Positions 51,081 through 61,458 of a DNA stretch of 64,000 nt are shown here, piece after piece. The notes under the pieces were generated by a model that worked only from the letters and a program-made list of their open reading frames with translations, made no database searches and was not told the origin of the DNA. Each line of letters opens with the position of its first letter. Positions within the stretch are counted from its first letter, which is position 1. Made by a program: the position numbers and the translations under genes. Source of the DNA: Pirellulales bacterium. GTDB lineage: Bacteria; Planctomycetota; Planctomycetia; Pirellulales; PALSA-1355. The DNA is taken from the NCBI GenBank assembly GCA_963733035.1, contig CAVTBU010000006.1, forward strand, positions 960,001-1,024,000, read 5' to 3'.

Positions 51081-51271
51081 AGGGCGTCCTTGTCCTATGC
51101 GGCGTCGATCGATGTATCAGGTGAATGTACGAATCGCCCGGGCCATCGCATTGCTAGCATCCTTGTCGGCGAAGCGGCCGGGCGGGGGCGCGATTATCGA
51201 CCGTGATGCCAACTCGAAGCAATAGAGAAATCGGCGGAATGACGCGCCCCGCAAGGTGCACATGCAACAAG

Positions 51272-52361
51272 CTATGCGACGGCGGCCAGGGCCTGTTCGA
51301 GCTCTTCGCCACCACGAGGACCGATGGTCAGGTGTGCCTGACGAGCGGCAGGGGAGTCGGCTACCGCCGGATCTAGCGTGACCAGCACGTTGAAGTCGGC
51401 CCGACCGCTGAACCGGCCCTTGCCGGGTAGGAGCAGGATTTCAACCTCTGGCTTGTCCACTCGCCGCGCTGCGAACCGCTTTCTGGCCCACGTGGCAGCC
51501 GGGTGCGCTTGCACGGTTTCGCCCACCAGCTGAATTGCCAGATCGTCGAGCGACCGCTTCTCGAGGCCGTTGCGGCAGCGGGTGAGCCGGCCTTTGCGCA
51601 GCAGGTAGTCTACGTTTTTTCCCTGCTTCCAATGGGCCGGCATGCTGGCTTCATTGGGATGCCACAGATGAAAGGTGTGGGTCCAGCGGAGAATTGACGC
51701 CACGCCAACGCCGGCCTTCCGCAGCCGGTGGCGCAGGTCGTCGTCCTCGCAGCCCCAGCCCTCGAAGTTTTCGTCGTAGCCATTCACGCGTTCGTAGTCG
51801 CGCCGCCAGATGCCGACGTTGTTGCCGATGAGCTTCGGCTTCGTTGGATGGCGAATCAGTCGATAAAAGCGGCTCGAGCGGTCGATCTTTCGCAGGCGTT
51901 TCAGCTCACTGGCCGGTCCCCAGCCGGTGAACTCGCCTGAGTGGATCACCTCGAGCGTGACCCGCGCCGACGCCGGTTCATCGAGGCGGCAGCAATCGCC
52001 GGCCATTACCGTGTGCGGGCGGCGATGCGCGTAAGTGCTGCCACACGTGGTCGCGGGGTAGTATGCAATCGCCGTCGAGGAAGAGCAGGTAGGGAGCCTG
52101 GCTGGCCTTGGCCCCTTCATTGCGGCACCGCGACAGGCGAAACACGGTGTGCTCGTGCGTGGTAAAGCCGACGCGAAACGGCACTCGCCGGGCAAACTCG
52201 GCAACGATCTGGGGTGTTTCGTCCGTCGAGCCGTCGTCGGTGACGACCAACTCCATGCGACCCTCGACTCCCTGTTGCAGGGCGATCGATTCGAGCGCCC
52301 GACGCAGATGCGCAGGCCGCTGGTAGGTCGACATCAACAGGGCGATTTCTGGCGGGCTCAT
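51272..52361 (-). CDS. GT2 glycosyltransferase with galactosyltransferase-like C-terminus (frameshift near 52028)
   Basis: TYQRP, DDGSTD, FLDGDC; then VNGYDENFEGWGCEDDDL and HLWH in the next frame. Confidence 0.85.
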
Positions 52362-52446
52362 GGGCGGCGAAGATACCCCGCGCCATAGGGTTTGGCCAAT
52401 AGCAGTCGGGCGAATGGTGATTTGCTAGCGAGCTGTCCGTCGAGGT

Positions 52447-53514
52447 CTAGACACTGGCTTGCGCGATTTCGACCAGCGGCGTCAGCGCCATTTCTAGGTC
52501 AGCCTGGCCCCTGGCGATTTCCAAACGGCTGGCCAATGCGAACAGCGGAGTTTTGGCGGGCCAGCGGTCGCTGATTTTCACCAGGTCTTTGAACGTGCAC
52601 ACCACCGCTGCGATACTGCTGGAATCTGCCCAGTTGGCAAGGCTCGTCAGGTCGTCGTGCGGATAGGCAAAGTGATCGGGCAGTTCGCGGAAGGCTTGCA
52701 TTTTGTAGCCGCACCCGGCGAGCGCGCGTCGAAAGCCATCTGGATTTCCGATGCCGCAAAAGGCCGCGAGCGGTTGGCCCACCAGTGAGTCGAGCGGCGG
52801 CTCGCTGCCATCGCAGGCTCGTAAGGCTTTCGGTGCGTAGGTGGCTTCTAGCCAAATGGCGCGCGGTGCGAACTGCAAGGCCCGGCGGCGTACTTCCGCG
52901 CGGGCGGCTGCGTCGAGCTGTTCGCTGCGCGTCAGCATGAAGGCATTGGCCCGTGCCCAGCCGGCCAGCGGTTCGCGGAGCGTGCCACGCGGGAAAACGT
53001 GGTCGAAGCCGAACGGTTCCAATGCGTCGATCAACACCAGGTCGAAGTCGCGCGCCAGCCGGCGATGCTGGAAACCGTCGTCGAGCAGAATCAGCTGGCA
53101 GCCAAACTGGGCGACGGCACGCTGCGCCCCGCGCACGCGGTCGGGATCCAACACGTGCGGCACGTCGGGCAGCTTCTTTGCCAGCTCGAGCGCCTCGTCG
53201 TTTGGTTGCCCATTTTGCGAGCCGTAGCCTCGGCTGACGAGTCCCACCCGCACGCCGCGATCGACGAGCCAGCGGGCGAGCCATTCCACGGCTGGCGTCT
53301 TGCCGGTGCCGCCGAGGGTCAGGTTGCCGACGCTGATCACCGGCACGCGCGCGCGATGCGTTGCCGCTCGGCCGGTGTCGTAGCGCCAGTTGCGCACCCG
53401 CACGGCGGCGGAATAGGGGAGCTCGAGCGACCCGAGCGCGGCACGGGCCAGCGCGGCCTTCAGCCCGCGGCGGCGGCCGCTTACCAGGTCGCGAAACTGG
53501 CTGGGTCCGAGCAA
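52447..53514 (-). CDS. lpxK: Tetraacyldisaccharide 4'-kinase
   Basis: VISVGNLTLGGTGKTP, SRGYG, LDDGFQH, PRGTLRE, FCGIGNP. Confidence 0.95.
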   Translation of the reverse strand: MLGPSQFRDLVSGRRRGLKAALARAALGSLELPYSAAVRVRNWRYDTGRAATHRARVPVISVGNLTLGGTGKTPAVEWLARWLVDRGVRVGLVSRGYGSQNGQPNDEALELAKKLPDVPHVLDPDRVRGAQRAVAQFGCQLILLDDGFQHRRLARDFDLVLIDALEPFGFDHVFPRGTLREPLAGWARANAFMLTRSEQLDAAARAEVRRRALQFAPRAIWLEATYAPKALRACDGSEPPLDSLVGQPLAAFCGIGNPDGFRRALAGCGYKMQAFRELPDHFAYPHDDLTSLANWADSSSIAAVVCTFKDLVKISDRWPAKTPLFALASRLEIARGQADLEMALTPLVEIAQASV

Positions 53515-53702
53515 GGCGGCATCCTGACGGGTAAAGCCGAACGGGTTCGATCCCTGAACGGGCCGCAGTATGACGTGATTTTACCGCACGACAATGTCGA
53601 TTGCCGCGATGCTTCGTTCCGCTCGCGGCTAGCAATGCCAACGGGCCGCCGGCTTTTGCTGCCAGCGGCCCGGGCGGTTTGCGGTTCGTTGGGCGGTGCC
53701 GC

Positions 53703-54794
53703 CTACAGCTTGTTGCAAATGGCTTCGGCCATTTCGCGGGTGCCGACGGCGGTCGGGTCGTTGCGGTCGGCCTTCAGGTCGTAGGTGACCGACTTGCCTT
53801 CGGCGATCACGTCGGCCACGGCCTTTTCGAGCCGCGCGGCCGCGTCGGTTTCGCCCATGTGGCGAAGCATCAGCATGCCCGAGAGGATCAGGGCCGTGGG
53901 GTTGACCTTGTTCTTGCCCTTGTACTTGGGGGCGCTGCCGTGGGTGGCTTCGAACACGGCGCCGTCGGGACCGATGTTGGCTCCCGGTGCCACGCCCAAT
54001 CCGCCCACCAGGCCGGCGGCCAGGTCGCTCAGAATGTCGCCATACAGGTTCGGCAGCACCAGCACGTCGTATAGCTCCGGCTTTTGCACCAGCTGCATGC
54101 ACATGTTGTCGACGATCCGCTCTTCGAACTCGATGTTCGGATACTCTTTGGCCACCTCCATCGCCGTGTGCAGCCACAGCCCGTCGGTGAACTTCATGAT
54201 GTTGGCCTTGTGCACGCAGGTGACCTTCTTGCGGCCGTTGTCGCGGGCATAGTCGAAGGCGCACTTTACAATCCGCTTGGTGCCGCTGACGCTGATCGGC
54301 TTGATCGAAATGCCGGTTTCGGTCTCGCCGGTCTTTACCTTCCGCTCCGAGAGCTTGTTGATCTCGGCGATCAGTTCGGCCGTTTCGGGCTTGCCCTTTT
54401 CGAACTCGATGCCGGCGTACAGGTCTTCGGTGTTTTCGCGAACGATGACCAGGTCGACCGGCAGCGAACTGAAGTACGAGCGAACGCCCTTGTATTGCTT
54501 GCAGGGGCGGATGCAGGCGTACAGGCCCAGGGCTTGCCGCAGGTGGACGTTGATGCTGCGAAAGCCGGTGCCCACGGGCGTGGTGATCGGGGCCTTCAAG
54601 GCACACTTGGTGCGCCGGACGCTTTCCATCACGCCCTCGGGCAGCGGCGTGCCCAGGCGTTCCATCACGTCGACGCCGGCTTCCTGCACGTCCCAATTGA
54701 TTTTGACGCCCGTGGCGTCGACACAACGCTTGGCGGCCTCGGCCAATTCCGGCCCGGTGCCGTCACCGGTAATCAACGTAACCTCATGTGCCAT
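53703..54794 (-). CDS. icd: Isocitrate/isopropylmalate dehydrogenase family (isocitrate dehydrogenase-like)
   Basis: [47 protein letters not shown]. Confidence 0.8.
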   Translation of the reverse strand: MAHEVTLITGDGTGPELAEAAKRCVDATGVKINWDVQEAGVDVMERLGTPLPEGVMESVRRTKCALKAPITTPVGTGFRSINVHLRQALGLYACIRPCKQYKGVRSYFSSLPVDLVIVRENTEDLYAGIEFEKGKPETAELIAEINKLSERKVKTGETETGISIKPISVSGTKRIVKCAFDYARDNGRKKVTCVHKANIMKFTDGLWLHTAMEVAKEYPNIEFEERIVDNMCMQLVQKPELYDVLVLPNLYGDILSDLAAGLVGGLGVAPGANIGPDGAVFEATHGSAPKYKGKNKVNPTALILSGMLMLRHMGETDAAARLEKAVADVIAEGKSVTYDLKADRNDPTAVGTREMAEAICNKL

Positions 54795-55661
54795 CAGAGT
54801 TCTCGACAGAAAAAGCGGGGAAGTAAGGCGGGTAATTGCGAACCAACGGGGGAGGTTTGTAAGCGAGTCAGGCTAACACATGCCCAAACGAGCGTCAAAG
54901 GGCCGTGCGGACGGAAGGATGCAGGCCGACGGATGAAGGAGGAATTGGCAGACAGTGAGCCCGCGCGGGCGTTCGTGGCGGCCAGCCGACAAACAGGCTG
55001 GCGGCGTGGCCCGATTTGGAATTCGCAAAATTTCGCGTGGCCCGGTTTTCGAACGTCGCGCAGCACGCAACTTTTCATTCCTAAGGGAGCCCGAAAAACC
55101 GAACGATTCGCCTCCCCCATTTCGCGCATTTGCTCCTGTTTGACCACCAGCGCAATCTCCATGACCCGAGTTCAGAATGCCCCGAGGCTAGGCTAGTGAA
55201 AGTGGCGGCCCTATTTCAATGCGTGGCCGGAAAGGCGGGGGTAAATCGGGGCGCTTGGATGCGGAAGTGATTGGGTGTGGTCTGGCTGGGGAGGAACGGT
55301 GGAGGGACGCGAATGGTTGGCCAAGGCCGCGTTAACGTAGCAGGCTCACGCCATGAGCTGTCGCAGGAGTGGCAAGGGGTGTCGCGCGTCGGGCGGCGCT
55401 TACTTTCCTCTGGCATTCCTATCTTCATGGTTGCAATTCAGTTGTGGTCTTGCGCCGCCAAGGCTCGCTGTCGGCATTTCGTGACAGTTTACGGTTTTCA
55501 GATTATGGGCATCGAGGGAGTGAAGCAGGTGCGGCTCTGCACCAGCAGCTCTCTTGTACCTGCGGCAGCCGGCACGTCTGCCGGTGCCGTCGGCCGACAT
55601 GAAATGAGGCAACCGTTGTTTAGTTACGAAAAGAATCGTCTCAATAGAAGGTGGTGCAACT

Positions 55662-56045
55662 ATGCGAGGAATCAGGTTCGGAACGTTTGCCGCTTTCGCG
55701 ACACTGCTGCTGGGAATGACGAACGAAGCCGCAGCCGCAAAAAAAGATGGCTGGTGGGTGAAGGTGATTAAGCAAAAGACCGAGGCAAAGGCAATCAAAC
55801 TCGAAATCGGGTTGGGTGGCAACGACGCATCACACAAGCCGTGGACGACTTGGAAGAGTGCAGACGATGCCGAGTTCGATGTCCCGGACGAGTTCAAGAG
55901 CGTTGCGGAAATTTGGATCAAAGGCATTGCTGATCCGGAGGATCGAAACGTCGACATGGAGATCTACTACAAGGATCGGTGCACCCAGAAAATGGAATTC
56001 GATGCTGACGAAGAACATGAGATCAGTCAAGGGGACGAGTGTTAG
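55662..56045 (+). CDS. Hypothetical small secreted acidic protein
   Basis: Signal peptide ending AAA, AAGGTGG RBS, followed by an intrinsic terminator. Confidence 0.7.
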   Translation: MRGIRFGTFAAFATLLLGMTNEAAAAKKDGWWVKVIKQKTEAKAIKLEIGLGGNDASHKPWTTWKSADDAEFDVPDEFKSVAEIWIKGIADPEDRNVDMEIYYKDRCTQKMEFDADEEHEISQGDEC

Positions 56046-56078
56046 CAACGTCGCCCGCGATGAGGTCACAGCGATCCT

Positions 56079-56110
56079 GGCACCGGCCCGAACGAGCCGG
56101 TGCCTTTTTT
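56079..56110 (+). terminator. Rho-independent terminator
   Basis: GGCACCGGC, 8-nt loop, GCCGGTGCC, then TTTTTT. Confidence 0.85.
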
Positions 56111-56450
56111 GCGCCACATCGAAGCCCGTCTTGCTCGACAGACAATCGACTGGACCACCTTTTGATTCTGTGTTCGTTGGAGCGGCCGATCATGTCTTTT
56201 ACGGTTACGGCACGGGCGACAAGTCTGTCGGGGTAGCCCGCGGTTTTCGCGAAGGTTTTGTTCTTGGGGTCACCTGCCCGACTTGCCGGCAGGCATTTCA
56301 ACTAACCTTGCCCCGGACGACTGACAAAAGGGGCAGCTTTGTGCAAACTGCGTGGTCAAGAACACAAAAATAGGCGCAAGAGCGATGCAGATATGGCGAT
56401 GTCGCACTTGACCAATTCCGTTTTTCGTCGCGACTCGCTAGATTGGTTGA

Positions 56451-57431
56451 ATGGAAACACTTGCTGATTATCTTCCTGGCGCGCTGCGCGACCTCGTTGA
56501 TCCGCAAACGGCCTTGCCTCGTATTGCCAAGGATCGCCAGCTGACGGCCCAAATCGAGGCCTCGATTCGCGAGATTCCGACCAGCCATGATCTGCGGCTG
56601 GATGACGCTCGAACGTTCGACGTGGAGCCCGAAAGCGTTCACCTTGTGCTGACGTCGCCACCCTACTGGACGTTGAAGGAATATCGGGACAGCGAGGGGC
56701 AGCTGGGACACGTCGAAGACTACGACGAGTTTTTGACGCAGCTAGACAAAGTTTGGAAACGCTGCTTCAAAGCACTTGTTCCGGGGGGGCGTCTGATTTG
56801 CGTCGTCGGAGATGTGTGCCTGTCCAGGCGAAAAAACAACGGTCGCCACACGGTGGTTCCGCTGCACGCATCCATTCAAGAGCGCTGCCGCAAGATCGGC
56901 TACGACAATTTGGCTCCGATCATCTGGCACAAGATCGCCAATGCCGTCTACGAGGTTGACGGCAATGGCGCCGGCTTTTTGGGCAAGCCCTACGAGCCGA
57001 ATGCCGTCATCAAGAACGACATCGAGTTTATCTTGATGGAGCGCAAGCCGGGGGGCTATCGCACGCCCTCGGTGACCACGCGCGTGCTAAGTGTGATTCC
57101 AGAGGACAAACATCGCGAATGGTTCCAACAGATATGGCAGGGCCTCACGGGAGCTTCCACGAAGAATCACCCGGCCCCTTATCCTGTTGAGCTCGCCGAA
57201 CGCCTGGTTCGGATGTTCAGCTTCGTGGGGGATACCGTGCTCGATCCATTCATGGGTACGGCATCAACCAACATTGCGGCGAGCCGCTGGGGGCGCAACA
57301 GCATCGGCATTGAAGTCGACCCCCAATACTACGATCGAGCGTGCAAGCGCATGCGCGAACAGACGGAAGGTCTGTTTGGATCCGCTACGATCCAAAACGG
57401 GAAGCGTACCCGCTCGATAGTCGCGAGATGA
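56451..57431 (+). CDS. Beta-class N4-cytosine/N6-adenine DNA methyltransferase
   Basis: Catalytic TSPPY near the N-terminus; HPAPYP and VLDPFMGTAST (motif I) near the C-terminus. Confidence 0.95.
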   Translation: METLADYLPGALRDLVDPQTALPRIAKDRQLTAQIEASIREIPTSHDLRLDDARTFDVEPESVHLVLTSPPYWTLKEYRDSEGQLGHVEDYDEFLTQLDKVWKRCFKALVPGGRLICVVGDVCLSRRKNNGRHTVVPLHASIQERCRKIGYDNLAPIIWHKIANAVYEVDGNGAGFLGKPYEPNAVIKNDIEFILMERKPGGYRTPSVTTRVLSVIPEDKHREWFQQIWQGLTGASTKNHPAPYPVELAERLVRMFSFVGDTVLDPFMGTASTNIAASRWGRNSIGIEVDPQYYDRACKRMREQTEGLFGSATIQNGKRTRSIVAR

Positions 57432-58149
57432 ACGTGTCGTAGTGATCCGCGTCGCCTGGCTGTGGAGCGGGCGGGTCTGTCCAGAGGAACGCAGGACCTT
57501 GGTTATCACAGTCGATGACTATGGTTGCGTAAGCGTCAAAGCCGACGCCGTCCGCTGCGTCGCGGATGGGCAAACCGCGCAGATGGTTGACCATTCGCTC
57601 GGCCGCGCGCGGTTGCTTGTGCTGCGAGACGTGCAGCTCTTCGGCGTTCTTTTGTCGCAACGGTGACACGAACGTCTTGGCGATGTTCACGACGGTTACG
57701 CCGGCTGCCAGTGCTTCGCGGTCCCCCTGATGGACAATCTCGTGAGACGAGCCGAGTTCATCGAAGACGCGCGGCTGCGACTTGCTGTGCTCGGTCATCA
57801 CGGTTTTCGCTTCGCAGGCGATCAACACCCGCTCAATCTGTCCTGGAAAGATTGTGCGGGCGAACCTTGTTTTCTCCAGTATCAACTTCGTCGTGCCGAT
57901 CGCCAGATCGAGTGTCTTCGTCTTGCCGTTCGGGAAGGTGTGCCGGGCATTGATGCCATAAACGATCCTATCGGCTAAGGCATCCCTGCTTAATGCGGGA
58001 CAGGCTCGCAGCAGATCTTCCAGGATGAGCGTGCAAAGCGCGATGGAGTGGGCATCGCTACGGCTGTGGTAGTGATAGTCCCAACCGTAGTTTTTATCTT
58101 TGTGCTCGTGCTTGGTGAACCACGATGCAAGTTCTTGCGGTGCGCTCAT
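57385..58149 (-). CDS. Putative type II restriction endonuclease (PD-(D/E)xK-like)
   Basis: KTLDLAIG...IACEAK catalytic-like pattern; 254 aa; convergent with and overlapping the MTase by 47 bp; GGAG RBS. Confidence 0.65.
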   Translation of the reverse strand: MSAPQELASWFTKHEHKDKNYGWDYHYHSRSDAHSIALCTLILEDLLRACPALSRDALADRIVYGINARHTFPNGKTKTLDLAIGTTKLILEKTRFARTIFPGQIERVLIACEAKTVMTEHSKSQPRVFDELGSSHEIVHQGDREALAAGVTVVNIAKTFVSPLRQKNAEELHVSQHKQPRAAERMVNHLRGLPIRDAADGVGFDAYATIVIDCDNQGPAFLWTDPPAPQPGDADHYDTFISRLSSGYASRFGS

Positions 58150-58662
58150 GCCTGGTACTCCTGCCTTCCATGGCCTGGAACGCCGGCATCGTGCGGAAAA
58201 TGGGGTGTTAAGTCAAGCGAGATCCTCCCGCGGGGTTGGCACGAGCAAGCTGTCGGTGTTGCGAAGCAACAAAATGGAAGAGCGGTCGAACCAGATCGAG
58301 TCGGCCTCTTGTGGCTGCGGCACGTGGGGCACAAAGTTGTCCGGGCCAACCGCTCTCGATGGCGTCTAGATTCGCCGCGTATTTAGGGCTGTTGTTCGAG
58401 ACTTCACGCTCTCGCTGCTTTGTTTGCCAGAAACTCATATTTACTGTCCGAGCAAAATCAGGAATCATGCTCGCGGCGGGTGCCGTATTGCATGGCCATC
58501 TGTGGTAGACGTTGAGTCGCTCATTATCTAGGACACTAACTCATACCATTGATACTCATGAGCAGGATGCTTATCGGAACCGTACGCGGGCCGGACACTC
58601 TTACACTTGCCTCGCGCGGTTACGAAACGTTCGTAGGCCCGCGATATTTGTTCCCTGGTCTT

Positions 58663-59751
58663 ATGAAGTTCGTTGTATGTCTTTGGTGCACGGCACCGGC
58701 AGCGGCGCTGACCATTACGTCCAATGATTTCGAGGCCTTTTCCACGGCGGTCAGCAGCGCGGCTCCGGGAAGCACGATTGATTTCGATCTCGGCGCAAGC
58801 TCAACCATTCAGTTTACGCATCCGGTGTCCCTGCAATCGGACATCACGATTCATGGCAACAACACCGTGATTTTCGACGGCGGCGACGCGACGGGAATGT
58901 TCTCCCTGGGGAGCGGAGTCACCGCCAATTTCTCCGGTCTTAGGTTTCAACACGGCTTATACCCAGCGATTTATAGCAGTTATGGACTCGCCAACGTCGC
59001 CAATTGCTCGTTCTTCTACAACAACGGGGGCGCGATTCTCGGCAATGTACAGATTACGGGCAGCACATTCGCGTTTAATCAGGCCCGGTTCGGCGGAGCG
59101 GTGTGCGCCGATGGAATCCATGGCAAAGTCATTGTGGATAACTCGACCTTTTTCGGCAACTCGGCATACATTGGAGGTGCGATCGATGGCAACACGAGGA
59201 CCCTCGTGCTTCGCAACAGCACTGTGTTTGGGAATGTCGCCAGTCTCGGTGGCGGGGTAGCGTGGGAAGGTCGAGGCGGCTACTGCTTGATCGAAAGCTC
59301 GATCCTCGCAGGCAATGTTAAAACGTATTTTTCGACTGAATCCCATGATTTGTATATTGTCCCCGGTTCCATCCTGATCGATCACAGCCTCGTCGGAACG
59401 GGCTTGCTAATCGGCCTGCACGATGGGGTTAACAATGGGGTGTATGCAAATGTCGTGGGCGACGGCGTTCATGTCGCTGGAGTCGCGATCGATGACCTTC
59501 TCGGTGACTTGCGCGACAATGGAGGTCCTACGATGACGATGGCACTCCTGGGTTCGAACAACCCAGCACTAGGTGCCGGCAGCAATCCGCTTGGTGTAGC
59601 TTACGACCAGCGCGGTGCCCCTTATTCCCGGGTAAACGGTCTCGGCGTGGACATCGGAGCCTTTGAGCTGCAAGTCCCCGAGCCTGCGACATGCCTACTT
59701 GCGCTCATCGGGTTCACGGCCGTCACTCTGACTGGTTGGCGGAAGAGATGA
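58663..59751 (+). CDS. PEP-CTERM protein with Pmp-like GGA(I/V) repeats and choice-of-anchor-Q-like region (start uncertain)
   Basis: FxxN / GGAI repeats, LRDNGGPTMTMAL, DQRG...DIGAFE, VPEPAT + TM + RKR. Confidence 0.85.
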   Translation: MKFVVCLWCTAPAAALTITSNDFEAFSTAVSSAAPGSTIDFDLGASSTIQFTHPVSLQSDITIHGNNTVIFDGGDATGMFSLGSGVTANFSGLRFQHGLYPAIYSSYGLANVANCSFFYNNGGAILGNVQITGSTFAFNQARFGGAVCADGIHGKVIVDNSTFFGNSAYIGGAIDGNTRTLVLRNSTVFGNVASLGGGVAWEGRGGYCLIESSILAGNVKTYFSTESHDLYIVPGSILIDHSLVGTGLLIGLHDGVNNGVYANVVGDGVHVAGVAIDDLLGDLRDNGGPTMTMALLGSNNPALGAGSNPLGVAYDQRGAPYSRVNGLGVDIGAFELQVPEPATCLLALIGFTAVTLTGWRKR

Positions 59752-59952
59752 ATCGCCGCGCGATCGCTTAACTTCCGAATTCAGGTGACGCCAGCAATTG
59801 TCGGCTTTGCGCAACAAAAAGAGGTGCGATGTCGGGACCAAGTTCGTCACTGCGTATGGCAGTCTTTCATCTCTCCTCGATCCAGGCCGCATGGAGGTCC
59901 ACTCGTGACGGCCGAATCAGATTTGGTATTTGCGCGGGTGCTTTCCGGCGAA

Positions 59953-60657
59953 TCATTCCGGTGTGACGGGCACGCTGGTGACGATTCCGGTGGCCAAATC
60001 GTAGACTCCTCCTGCCACTTTGAGCCGGCCCTCTTCGATGAGGGCGGCGATTACGGGGGAAGCCTCGGCAATGGTCATGGCCTGATTGATAACGTTCTCG
60101 CGGACGGCGCGGTCTAAATCATTGGCTGATGCTTTGACCGCGGGGCGCAGGTATTGAAACAGCGAACTGATCTGGCCCGGTACGAGCTCGCGCTTCATGG
60201 CTGCGGTGACCGCTCCACAGGAAGTATGCCCTAGAACGTAAATGATTTTCGCCCCGAGGATGTGCGTCGCGAATTCCAAACTGCCGATGATTTCCGGGGT
60301 CGCAACGTTACCGGCAATGCGCGTGACGAACAAATCACCGAAGCCTTGATCGAATACGATTTCGACCGGGACGCGCGAGTCGGCACAACCTAGGACGACT
60401 GCAAACGGGGATTGTAGCGCAGCGACTTCTTGCAGTCGCTGCATATTTCGATGCGCCGCCAGGGTCTCACCGCGGACGAAACGCTCGTTTCCTTCAGACA
60501 GTGCGAGCAAGACTTCATCGGGCGTTTCCGGTCGCCGGCCAACGCGCTGGTTTTCTCCGGTCGCCTTGATGGCCGGGATGGGTGATGTCATCGGGCTTGC
60601 GGATTGGAGAATCTCCCCAGGCGAAACAGCTAGGCCGCGGTGGTCACTCACTTCCAT
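59953..60657 (-). CDS. Beta-class carbonic anhydrase
   Basis: GNERF, LGCADSRVP, RIAGN, LGHTSCGAV zinc-ligand motifs. Confidence 0.95.
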   Translation of the reverse strand: MEVSDHRGLAVSPGEILQSASPMTSPIPAIKATGENQRVGRRPETPDEVLLALSEGNERFVRGETLAAHRNMQRLQEVAALQSPFAVVLGCADSRVPVEIVFDQGFGDLFVTRIAGNVATPEIIGSLEFATHILGAKIIYVLGHTSCGAVTAAMKRELVPGQISSLFQYLRPAVKASANDLDRAVRENVINQAMTIAEASPVIAALIEEGRLKVAGGVYDLATGIVTSVPVTPE

Positions 60658-60705
60658 GGCTTCTTTACCTTCGATTCTGATTTAACGAGGTCGTCCGTGG
60701 CGCAG

Positions 60706-60915
60706 TTATTCCGAGCTCGACGGGCCAGCTCGCTTCGGGCGCGGCACCATCGAGTTTTCGGACTCCGAGAAGCCCTGTCGCGTCATCGCTTCGTGTCGAC
60801 GGGAAGGTGACAATGCGCCCCGCAACAGCCAGAGGCAGGGTCGCGGCGCTAGAGCCGCCTCGACGGCCAGCGGGAGGGCAATCATGCCCACGACGTAAAG
60901 TAAGCTTTGCAGCAT
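60706..60915 (-). CDS. Possible small membrane peptide upstream of the carbonic anhydrase
   Basis: AAGGA RBS and hydrophobic N-terminus; no recognisable domain. Confidence 0.3.
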   Translation of the reverse strand: MLQSLLYVVGMIALPLAVEAALAPRPCLWLLRGALSPSRRHEAMTRQGFSESENSMVPRPKRAGPSSSE

Positions 60916-61164
60916 GCGGTTTTTCCTTGAAATGGTTCCCTGGACCCTGCAGGGAGCGGACGGTTTTTCAGGTTCGGCCTGGGCGAGGCTGAAGTCGGGT
61001 TTGCCATCGAAATCTGAAAGTCTTTAGGGGTATTTAGCCGGACTGCCTGCCGGCAGTAAGCAAACGTTCCAAGTACCTCGAGTCAGCGAGGTCATGGTTG
61101 AGCCTCGGTGCTTGCGAATCTTATCGGCCCCACAACCATCAGAGCCAATAGATAGTTGGCCTTC

Positions 61165-61331
61165 GATCCATCGAAAAAACCGATGGATCAGCTGGATCGC
61201 CGGCGCCCGGGCAGGGGGCATCCGCGGTGGTAGCGGGTCGGTGGTCCGGCGCTTGAGATGCACCGCGAAAAAGCGGCCTCGATCGATAGCTGCTACCTAT
61301 GTAAACTGCTATATATATCGACTGTTGTTAT
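61165..61331. promoter_or_regulatory. LysR-type (T-N11-A) operator boxes
   Basis: GATCCATCG-N7-CGATGGATC (61165-61189), ATAG-N7-CTAT (61286-61300) and imperfect ATCG-N7-TTAT (61317-61331). Confidence 0.6.
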
Positions 61332-61458
61332 AGGACCTTGTCGCGATGCCGGTCGCCAGGCTCGGTTCCAACGGCCGCGGTCGGAGGCGCACTGCGCCGC
61401 AACCGACAATCCACCGGCGAGCGGTACGAGACCTGACGAATGCCCCGAGGAGGATCGC

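Noticed and set aside
54795..55661. Long intergenic region as an ncRNA or integration site
   Set aside because: No tRNA, direct repeat or recognisable RNA motif; the short ORFs there are not protein-like.
56017..56373. Putative zinc-ribbon ORF with CLFC and CPTC next to the R-M genes
   Set aside because: The first CxxC is just the translation of a clear intrinsic terminator (56079-56110), and the only ATG lies inside the upstream gene. At most a remnant.
58300..58370. c-di-GMP riboswitch-like GGGCACAAAG...CCGGGCCAAC upstream of a PEP-CTERM gene
   Set aside because: The GCAAA/GNRA P2 stem and P1 pairing are missing; the resemblance is superficial.
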